Made by a program: the position numbers and the translations under genes | The notes under the pieces: model-generated | Database searches by the model: none | The model's input: only the letters and a program-made list of their open reading frames with translations | What the model was told of the DNA's origin: nothing | NCBI GenBank assembly: GCA_014804675.1 | Contig: JAAUZH010000018.1 | Location: 1,166 to 33,165 of the forward strand | DNA: 32,000 nucleotides | From: Lachnospiraceae bacterium | GTDB taxonomy: Bacteria > Bacillota > Clostridia > Lachnospirales > Lachnospiraceae | Direction: 5' to 3' | Part shown: positions 25,419-32,000 of the stretch, one piece after another | How the letters are laid out: every line of letters starts with the position of its first letter | How positions within the stretch are numbered: the stretch's first letter is position 1

Positions 25419-27056
25419 TTATAAAATCAATTGATTAAACTCCTCAAGAGCCATTGGCTTTGCATAATAATAGCCCTGAGCCATATTACAACCGCAATCC
25501 TGCAGGAACATTGCCTGTTCTTTGGTTTCCACCCCTTCTGCAATTAAATCCAGCCCGATATCCTTTGTCATATGAATGGTGTGGGCAATGATTTTCTGCC
25601 CTCTGTCAGATTCAATAAAATCATTTAAAAATTCCCTGTCTATCTTAATCACATCAAAAGGTGTATTCTTCAGGGTATTTAAAGAAGATGCTCCCGAACC
25701 GAAATCATCCATCAGCAAAGTATATCCTTCCTCTTTTAATGAACGGATTGCACTGCCAATGTTTATATTTTGTACCGTTTCTGTAATTTCCAATTCCAAA
25801 AGCTCCTTGGGAATCTGGTATTTTTCCAATAGCTCATTTAAGATGGAAAGAAGCTTATCGCTCATCAAATCCACTCTGGAAACATTGACAGAAATGGGAA
25901 CCGGAACTTTTTTTGCATCCATCCATTTCCGAATGGTGGCACATGCCTGTTCCCATATGTATTCATCCAGCTTTACAATAAAACCGTTTTCTTCCAGCAC
26001 AGGAATAAAATTCATCGGCACTATCATTCCCATTTCCGGATGAATCCAGCGGACTAAGGCTTCCGCCCCTATGATCCGGTTTTCCGAAATGCTGTATTTA
26101 GGCTGTAGATACATGACGAACTGCCCCTCTTTCAAGGCTGTCTTCATATTATCTTCAATAAACTTCCTGCTGTAAAGAACACTTTTCATGTCTTCACTGT
26201 AAAATGCAATATTCTGCAGGGCATTTCCCTTAATGCTCTTTCTTGCCAAAGCAGCAGAGTCTGCCATATGTCTGATTTCCATTGTTTTATCCGAAACCAG
26301 ATAGACGCCAAATGCTATTGCATAAGAAACATCTTTATAATGATTGAGATTTTCCTCCATATAATGAATGAATTCTACTAACTCCTTTTCCTCCTTATAT
26401 CTGGTAACCACCAGAAACAAATCAGCGCTTAATCTGGTATATAGCTGCTCCTTACTGCATATTCCTTTTAACGTGCTTAAAATATTTCCAAGTACTTCCG
26501 TTCCAAATGCATCTCCGTAGAGCTCATTGATCATTTTAAATCTTTCAACATCCAACTGTATAAACGCAAATTTCTCCTGAGGATATTTAGAAAACTGCTC
26601 CCTGACAGCTTTTGCAAGTACTTGAGGAGTCCGGTCCATAGTCAGAAGCACCTGCTGTTTTTTCTGCATGATTTCAACGGCACTCATGGGCTCTAAAAAC
26701 CCGGCAATTTCTATAATCCGATTTTGTTCATCCTTTAAAAACCGGCAATTTATGCTGTACCATTGATATCCCTCCCTGGATTTGATATGGCACTGGATTT
26801 CAAGACTGCTTTCCGGTATTCCGGCCTCTAACCCCTTTTCAATCTGAAACAAATAGGCCTGAAATACATTTCGATCCTCTGGCAAAATAAGCTCCTCTTC
26901 CATAAGCGCTTTCAGAGGATTGCTTTTTTCGGAATTCATTTTTGAAATATAGTCACCAAATACCTGCCAAAAATCCTTCACACAATTCCAGTAGAAAAAC
27001 ATGTTTTTCTTATTAGAAAATAAAATATTCATCATTTTCTGTTGATTATTTTCCAT
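25419..27056 (-). CDS. c-di-GMP phosphodiesterase: PAS/PAC-like, degenerate GGDEF, EAL
   Basis: EAL motifs are intact (GAEALVRW, ELEITE, MDDFGSG, IKIDREF, IAEGVET, QGYYYAKP). The GGDEF position reads SADLF. A PAC-like segment YQWYSINCRFLKDEQNRIIEIAGF is present. ATG 27056 has SD GAGGTG at 6 nt, whereas the ORF-track start 27137 sits 8 nt from a terminator. Confidence 0.85.
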   Translation of the reverse strand: MENNQQKMMNILFSNKKNMFFYWNCVKDFWQVFGDYISKMNSEKSNPLKALMEEELILPEDRNVFQAYLFQIEKGLEAGIPESSLEIQCHIKSREGYQWYSINCRFLKDEQNRIIEIAGFLEPMSAVEIMQKKQQVLLTMDRTPQVLAKAVREQFSKYPQEKFAFIQLDVERFKMINELYGDAFGTEVLGNILSTLKGICSKEQLYTRLSADLFLVVTRYKEEKELVEFIHYMEENLNHYKDVSYAIAFGVYLVSDKTMEIRHMADSAALARKSIKGNALQNIAFYSEDMKSVLYSRKFIEDNMKTALKEGQFVMYLQPKYSISENRIIGAEALVRWIHPEMGMIVPMNFIPVLEENGFIVKLDEYIWEQACATIRKWMDAKKVPVPISVNVSRVDLMSDKLLSILNELLEKYQIPKELLELEITETVQNINIGSAIRSLKEEGYTLLMDDFGSGASSLNTLKNTPFDVIKIDREFLNDFIESDRGQKIIAHTIHMTKDIGLDLIAEGVETKEQAMFLQDCGCNMAQGYYYAKPMALEEFNQLIL

Positions 27057-27144
27057 TTTATGCACCTCTTTTCCATCTTGCATTTCATAAAAAAATAATC
27101 TGGTTCTTTTCTCTATATTATAGCTATATGTTATCATAAAATGG

Positions 27145-27177
27145 AAAAAAGGAACAGTCCAAATTTTAGACTATTCC
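27145..27177 (-). terminator. Rho-independent terminator after spmB
   Basis: On the minus strand: GGAATAGTC-9 nt loop-GACTGTTCC (9 bp including one G-U pair) followed by TTTTTTCC. Confidence 0.65.
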
Positions 27178-27208
27178 CGTTTTATTTTCCTATAAAGATA
27201 CGAAAATT

Positions 27209-27733
27209 TTACATCATTCCCGCTAATATGACACTGGCAATGGTTCCTGCCAATGTGGAAAGAAGCGCTCCTGTCAAGGTGTATCTGGTTTTTGAAACCT
27301 TGGCTGCCATGAAGTAAACAGACATTGTATAAAAAATCGTTTCCGTGCAGCTCATCATCAGGGAAGTAATAAGTCCCATTCTGGAATCTGTCCCATATTC
27401 TTTAAAAATATCCAATACAAGCCCGGTAGCTGCTGAGGAAGAAAACATTTTCACAAAGCTTAATGGAACCAGTTCTCCCGGAAACCCTACTTTTTCCGTT
27501 ATCTGCCCAAACAGCCTTCCCATAAAATCCAGAAAACCGGAGGCACGCAGGACACCTACTGCCACCATAAGTCCAATCATTGTAGGCATAATATTCACTA
27601 CCGTAATAAGTCCATCTTTTGCTCCTTTTATAAAATCCTCATAAACCTCTACTTTTTCCACAACTCCATAGGCAATGATATAAAAAATCAAAAGAGGTAT
27701 AATAATATTAGAAATGTTTGCAAGTACGTTCAT
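27209..27733 (-). CDS. spmB: Spore maturation protein B-like nucleoside-recognition-domain membrane protein
   Basis: IIPLLIFYIIAYGVVEKVEVYEDFIKGAKDG...MVAVGVLRASG...TIFYTMSVYF matches the SpmB pattern. ATG 27733 has SD GGAGG at 6 nt. No spmA is adjacent. Confidence 0.75.
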   Translation of the reverse strand: MNVLANISNIIIPLLIFYIIAYGVVEKVEVYEDFIKGAKDGLITVVNIMPTMIGLMVAVGVLRASGFLDFMGRLFGQITEKVGFPGELVPLSFVKMFSSSAATGLVLDIFKEYGTDSRMGLITSLMMSCTETIFYTMSVYFMAAKVSKTRYTLTGALLSTLAGTIASVILAGMM

Positions 27734-27861
27734 GAATTGCCTCCATTTTTCAAGCAACCGCTGCAATGTACTGATAACTTTCTAAATTTTATGTAGGAAA
27801 AGAAATTCCTATTACTATAATCTGGTATTTTTCCGGCAGATACATTTCTTATTTTTGAAAA

Positions 27862-28872
27862 TTATAACAAATGAATCCCTGCCTCTTCTGCCTTGGCATA
27901 GATTTCTTCCGGCCAAATGGAAGACTGCACCTCACCAATATGAGCTTTCCTCAAATAGAACATACAAATTCTGGACTGGCCGATACCGCCACCGATAGTA
28001 AGCGGCAGCTCACCCTTTAACAAGGAAGCCTGGAAAGGAAGCTCTGCCCTTTCTTCACAGCCGGCAATTTGAAGCTGCTTCCTTAAAGATTCCTCATTGA
28101 CCCGGATACCCATGGAGGACAATTCCAGAGCCATGTCGAGTATGGGATAATAGACGATGATATCTCCGTTTAATGCCCAGTCATCATAGTCCGGCGCTCT
28201 TCCGTCATGTCTTTCTCCTGATAAAAGGGCTCCGCCGATTCCCATAATAAATACGGCTCCCTTTTCCTTTGCAATGAGATTTTCTCTTTCCTTTGGCGTC
28301 AAATCCGGATATCGGTCCTCTAATTCCTGTGCGGTAATAAAAGTAATTTCCTCCGGCAGGATGCAATTGATATAATTATATTTGTTTGCCATATATTTTT
28401 CGGTGACACGCAGGGCCTCATAAACAGATTTTACTGTTTCCTGCAGATAATCCACATTTCTCTCTTCTTTTCCAAGGATTTTTTCCCAGTCCCACTGATC
28501 CACAAATATGGAATGGATATTGTCCGTATCCTCATCTCTGCGGATGGCATTCATATCTGTATACAGACCTTCTCCTTTTGAAAAACCATAGCGCTTTAAT
28601 GCCAGGCGTTTCCATTTTGCCAGGGAATGAACGATTTCCATCTCTTTATCCTGCTGCTCCTTGATTCCAAAGCTTACAGGTCTTTCCACACCATTTAAGT
28701 TATCGTTTAATCCGGATTCCGGTTTGACGAACAATGGAGCTGACACGCGTTTTAAATTCAACTGGGTAGCAAGCTCCCTCTCAAAAAAGTCCTTTACTCG
28801 TTTAATTGCTACTTCTGTTTCCTTAATATCCAAGGGTGATTCATAACCATCGGGTATTGTGATTTTGCTCAT
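27862..28872 (-). CDS. asnA: Aspartate--ammonia ligase (asparagine synthetase A)
   Basis: Class II aaRS-like AsnA pattern (RVSAPLFV..., [41 protein letters not shown]). ATG 28872 has SD GGAGG at 7 nt. Confidence 0.9.
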   Translation of the reverse strand: MSKITIPDGYESPLDIKETEVAIKRVKDFFERELATQLNLKRVSAPLFVKPESGLNDNLNGVERPVSFGIKEQQDKEMEIVHSLAKWKRLALKRYGFSKGEGLYTDMNAIRRDEDTDNIHSIFVDQWDWEKILGKEERNVDYLQETVKSVYEALRVTEKYMANKYNYINCILPEEITFITAQELEDRYPDLTPKERENLIAKEKGAVFIMGIGGALLSGERHDGRAPDYDDWALNGDIIVYYPILDMALELSSMGIRVNEESLRKQLQIAGCEERAELPFQASLLKGELPLTIGGGIGQSRICMFYLRKAHIGEVQSSIWPEEIYAKAEEAGIHLL

Positions 28873-29053
28873 ATTCTTTCCTCCCATGTAAGGTTTCCTA
28901 TACTTATAATGTAATCTCTGTAAAACTGAAATATGAAAGAGATTTTTTTGACTCTGGAATATTATACTGTATTTGCTGGGAAAAGTTCAATAGGAAGGTG
29001 GCTTGTAAGATTCATAAGTTGTAGAAGTTTATATTCTTTATGATACGGAAGAA

Positions 29054-29659
29054 ATGTATTACGGAGATGTGAAGTACTTAGGATGCAGCAGTACTCATTT
29101 TTTACCGGAAGGATGGCAGCTTATTACCTTAGAGCGGTTATTTCAAAATTTTTATGGTGAAAGTCTGCAAAAAAGTATTTATCGAATAGAGAAACTGGAA
29201 AATAGAATTCATTTTTTAGTAGAACAAACTATACGGATTACCGGCCTTAAAAACTTCGGCGAATATATGAGTCAGCTTCTGACTATAGATGCACTTTTTC
29301 TAAATCAAGACAGACATGCTCATAACATAGCTGTTTTAATGGACAGGGAAGGGATATATCATTATTGTCCGGTTTTTGATAATGGTGCCGGTTTATTGTC
29401 AGATACTACTATGGATTACCCTATGGGAATTGAAATTGAAAAGCTGATAGAAAAACCAAAATCAAAGACATTTTGCCAAAATTTTGATGAACAGCTTGAT
29501 GTAATCGAATGTTTGTATGGGCAACATCTGAAATTTCATTTTTCTTATGAGAATGTACAGGCATTATTAGAGGATGAAATGTATTATCCTGATAATATAA
29601 AAGGGCGGGTAAAACATATTATTTTAGAACAAAAACGAAAGTATGGATATTTATTTTAG
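29054..29659 (+). CDS. HipA C-terminal-like kinase core, apparently N-terminally short (possible pseudogene)
   Basis: FLNQDRHAHNIAV, then CPVFDNGAGLLSD about 18 aa later, resembles the HipA catalytic loop (xxDxHxxN) and the downstream Mg-binding Asp. Only 201 aa. No Gly-rich/ATP-loop region is in frame, the SD is weak, and there is no adjacent HTH antitoxin. Confidence 0.55.
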   Translation: MYYGDVKYLGCSSTHFLPEGWQLITLERLFQNFYGESLQKSIYRIEKLENRIHFLVEQTIRITGLKNFGEYMSQLLTIDALFLNQDRHAHNIAVLMDREGIYHYCPVFDNGAGLLSDTTMDYPMGIEIEKLIEKPKSKTFCQNFDEQLDVIECLYGQHLKFHFSYENVQALLEDEMYYPDNIKGRVKHIILEQKRKYGYLF

Positions 29660-29756
29660 TTTTCAGTAGGAATTTCTTAGCTGTAAAGATTTTGTAGTTG
29701 TTTTGTTTCTGGCATTATTTAATTTTAATTTTTTATATAGTTTTGATGCAAACAAA

Positions 29757-29807
29757 AAAGAAAATGGCTGCCTCCAAGTTACTTCACTCGTGACTGCCAT
29801 TTTCTTT
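29757..29807. repeat. Perfect 12-bp inverted repeat with 27-nt spacer (possible bidirectional or minus-strand terminator)
   Basis: aaagaaaatggc (29757-29768) pairs with gccattttcttt (29796-29807). On the minus strand the stem is followed by TTTGTTTGC. Confidence 0.6.
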
Positions 29808-30182
29808 CCCCTCATGAACCTATCATACTTTATTTTTACGTTTTAGTAAAGCTAAACACATCGACAATTTACGACATTATAATTATATGTTTGTTAAATC
29901 ACATTGCCTTTTCCAACCCACATTGGAATATGCCATCCAATAGTTTTCTATATCTAATTATTCCTTCAAAATTTTACCATATTTTCCATATATAAACTGT
30001 AACTTCCTAAAAATGCATTTTTATTATATGAAACAGAAATTTTAACATTATTATTTGTTATTTTTGCGGCTCTATCTTACATAATAACCATAAAAGGAAA
30101 TAAGCATCCCATACCGTCCAAAATGAAGTTGAGGATGCCTATTTTCTTTAACTAGTACAACGGATATTAAGTAATTGATAGT

Positions 30183-30527
30183 TTAAATGGTTTTAGCTTC
30201 ATCGGGATTAATGTCATCCATTTTATATGTCCAATGATAGACTACCGGCTCCGCATTGATCTCATCAAAATACAGATAAATACGCTCCGACAGTTCGGCT
30301 TTAGAGTTTACACGTATCCCTTTTAGCATTTGCTTTGTCATCTTGCTAAAGAAACTCTCAATCATGTTCAGCCATGATGCGTGTGCCGGCGTAAATACGA
30401 ATTTAAACCTGTTTTCCGGCAGTGTTGCAAGAAAACGTCGTGTTTCCTTAGACTTGTGTGCCGAATGATTATCCAGTATCAGACGTATCGTATCGCCTTC
30501 GGGATATTTGGCAGATATATCAATCCA
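30183..30527 (-). mobile_element. IS630-family (DDE) transposase, C-terminal third only: truncated remnant
   Basis: The minus frame is open from 30527: DISAKYPEGDTIRLILDNHSAHKSKETRRFLATLPENRFKFVFTPAHASWLNMIESFFSKMTKQMLKGIRV...YHWTYKMD. This is the DNxxxH...TPxHxSWLNxIE pattern with the last catalytic D/E region. An in-frame stop lies at 30528-30530 and no upstream catalytic domain is present. Confidence 0.7.
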
Positions 30528-30546
30528 TCATATCAATCAATACTTA

Positions 30547-30566
30547 TACATCTAACTTTAGATGTA
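30547..30566. repeat. 9-bp perfect palindrome (tacatctaa ct ttagatgta) just upstream of a strong SD
   Basis: Read directly. It lies 4 nt before AAGGAGGA (30571-30578). A 9-nt direct repeat atatcaatc occurs twice (30517-30525 and 30530-30538) at the transposase truncation point. Confidence 0.6.
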
Positions 30567-30587
30567 CTACAAGGAGGACAATTTACT

Positions 30588-30701
30588 ATGAGACTATTAA
30601 CAAAATATGAAATGGAAACCATCAAGCGTTGCATAGACAGGCAATCGAGCCACAGGAGCAGACAAAGGGCAACGATATTTTGTTGTGATTGGAAGGGGTA
30701 G
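30588..30701 (+). pseudogene. 37-codon ORF resembling the N-terminal HTH start of an IS630-type transposase (fragment)
   Basis: MRLLTKYEMETIKRCIDRQSSHRSRQRATIFCCDWKG follows the L-T-x-x-E...I...R-x-R-A-x-I...G pattern seen at IS630 transposase N-termini. SD AAGGAGGA lies 10 nt upstream. It ends in a stop inside the next gene's promoter. Confidence 0.3.
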
Positions 30702-30711
30702 GTGGTATAAT
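30683..30711 (+). promoter_or_regulatory. Near-consensus SigA promoter for the 342-aa orphan gene
   Basis: TTGTGA (30683-30688), a 17-nt spacer, then TGGTATAAT (TG at 30703-30704, TATAAT at 30706-30711). About 38 nt upstream of ATG 30750. Confidence 0.55.
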
Positions 30712-30749
30712 CGTAACGTTATAGAAAGCCACAAATTGGAGATGTGATT

Positions 30750-31772
30750 ATGAAACTTTTATATTTAGAAGATGTCTATAAAACGTGGAATGATATTCTT
30801 GTGATTGGGAAAACCATAGAGCGGGGTAACAAGAAATTTCACATTGTTGGTATGACTTTAGGTGACGAAGCGGAACTATATATCATTGAGCCATATAATG
30901 AACCAAAAAATGACAGTAATAGAAAAAAGGGTGTTCGCAATCAAAGAAAATTATTGAAAGAAAACACAGGAAGTGAAGGAAGCAAAGACAGTTATTTACA
31001 ATGCAGTGAATTTTGTCTGGGTAATCAACGGTTGCAAGTGCGGAGTGGTTCGGGTGGCTCATTAAAATATTCAACAGAGAATTATGAGGCAATCAAATTA
31101 TTTTTTGATATGCTTCGTGGGGGTTGGGTTATTCCCGAATGGTTGAAGAATGAGGAATGGAATAATTTACAGTTAGTTACTTTAAGCATTGCAGATGTGC
31201 AAAAATTACCCGAATATTCATCAGAAATGCCTATTGTCATAAAGCACTCTCCTAGTTTTAGCCATTACATAGTTGAAAAAACAATCACTTTGAATGTAGG
31301 GAAAAGCTGCTCTTTTAGTTTCGTAGACAATTACGGGGATAAGGTACAGTGCTATATAAACAATGTTGTTTTAATAGATGTGTGGAAAGATACGGAAGAA
31401 AAATTCAGTGATCCAAGATATGCGGAAAGATTTTCAGAGGAACAAATACAGGAAATGAAAAATCGTCATTATGAAATGTTGGAGCAAAGCTGTCCAAAAG
31501 GAATGTGCTATATCGGCATAGAATATGAGTGCAGCAAAGATTTGAGCTTGCAATTTTATTCCAAAGATTTTTTAAAGTCTGTTCCTGAAACGCAGAAAGG
31601 AAGTGCTGTCTTGTCATTTATGAGATTAAAGCCTGATAAAGAAACAGGGACACACAATCTTCCGCTTAAAGGTTGTGTGATACAGACAGCAGTTTCTCCA
31701 GATACGTCTAAAATGCCAGCAGAATTATTTTTGTATTTGGTAAAAGAAGATGAATGGGAAGAAAATGTATAG
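30750..31772 (+). CDS. Hypothetical protein, no recognisable domain
   Basis: ATG 30750 has SD GGAG at 8 nt, while the ORF track begins at GTG 30744. It has its own promoter and terminator. A Lys/Arg/Ser-rich linker (SNRKKGVRNQRKLLKENTGSEGSKDS) follows a ~55-aa N-terminal module. No motif recognised. Confidence 0.65.
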   Translation: MKLLYLEDVYKTWNDILVIGKTIERGNKKFHIVGMTLGDEAELYIIEPYNEPKNDSNRKKGVRNQRKLLKENTGSEGSKDSYLQCSEFCLGNQRLQVRSGSGGSLKYSTENYEAIKLFFDMLRGGWVIPEWLKNEEWNNLQLVTLSIADVQKLPEYSSEMPIVIKHSPSFSHYIVEKTITLNVGKSCSFSFVDNYGDKVQCYINNVVLIDVWKDTEEKFSDPRYAERFSEEQIQEMKNRHYEMLEQSCPKGMCYIGIEYECSKDLSLQFYSKDFLKSVPETQKGSAVLSFMRLKPDKETGTHNLPLKGCVIQTAVSPDTSKMPAELFLYLVKEDEWEENV

Positions 31773-31843
31773 TAATAGCAAAATCTTATTTGGCTAATTG
31801 AAAAAGTAAATAACCGTCACTGATACAGTGGCATAAATGAATA

Positions 31844-31876
31844 AGCACTTAGGAAAAATCTTAGGTGCTTTTCGTT
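31844..31876 (+). terminator. Rho-independent terminator after the 342-aa gene
   Basis: agcacttagg-aaaaat-cttaggtgct (10 bp including two G-U pairs) followed by tttcgtt, 72 nt past the stop. Confidence 0.55.
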
Positions 31877-32000
31877 ACACAAAAATCTGATTAAAGAAAG
31901 GACAAAGAAAATGATTGAGAGTAAGACCGAAGTTAGCAAAGATTTAGAAAAGGTGTTGGAACAGGCGAAACAGCGTGTAGCAAATGAGAAGAAAAAATAG

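Noticed and set aside
29671-29820. 49-codon minus-strand ORF (MRGKKMAVTSEVTWRQPFSFLF...) spanning the 12-bp inverted repeat
   Set aside because: It has no SD, it runs through the hairpin, and its composition is low-complexity Lys/Asn from AT-rich DNA. It is most likely a chance ORF.
30381-30587. First two thirds of the 106-aa plus-strand ORF 30381-30701
   Set aside because: This part is antisense to the IS630 transposase remnant. Only the last 37 codons, which have their own SD, were kept as a low-confidence feature.
1-32000. CRISPR arrays, tRNA/rRNA genes and c-di-GMP (GEMM) riboswitches
   Set aside because: There are no regularly spaced direct repeats anywhere. The intergenic regions are mostly under 170 nt and lack cloverleaf-compatible or GEMM-like conserved segments. 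This was a visual scan only, and a covariance-model search would settle it.
31911-32000. 29-codon ORF MIESKTEVSKDLEKVLEQAKQRVANEKKK ending exactly at the window edge
   Set aside because: It has only a weak SD (AAAGGA, 9 nt), it is very short, and the downstream context is missing, so it cannot be supported from this window alone.

Overview
The window looks like a chromosomal segment from a low-GC Gram-positive anaerobe, probably Clostridia or Lachnospiraceae-like. Supporting signs are an SpmB spore-maturation protein, a VanW-G5 wall protein, YesL/DUF624, a YpuA-like DUF1002 protein, AGGAGG-type ribosome binding sites (RBS) and a strong minus-strand gene bias. I support about 30 protein-coding genes. 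From 1 to 28.9 kb these are mostly tightly packed housekeeping and signalling genes: aminotransferase, Lrp, AIR-synthase-like, VanW, DnaQ-like exonuclease, nth, a B12 radical SAM protein, tadA, an NrdG-like activase, a CdaR/PucR regulator, an MsmX/MalK-type ATPase, GNAT, ldhA, an alpha/beta hydrolase, metG, DUF885, MarR, a nucleoid-associated protein, spmB and asnA. I found no rRNA, tRNA, CRISPR array or recognisable riboswitch. Two regions stand out. (1) At 12.6-16.1 kb, three genes sit with 0 and about 10-16 nt between them: a tandem-HD HD-GYP phosphodiesterase, a DUF624/YesL membrane protein, and a Cache-type GGDEF cyclase with an intact I-site. This is a c-di-GMP make-and-break pair around an uncharacterised membrane protein, and a second c-di-GMP enzyme (PAS, degenerate GGDEF, EAL) lies at 25.4-27.1 kb. 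(2) From about 28.9 kb to the window edge, an AT-rich accessory islet holds an antitoxin-less, N-terminally short HipA-like kinase core, about 520 nt of non-coding DNA with a perfect 12-bp inverted repeat, opposed IS630-type transposase fragments, and an orphan 342-aa gene with its own near-consensus promoter and terminator. All functional calls rest on motif recognition by eye. No database search was possible.
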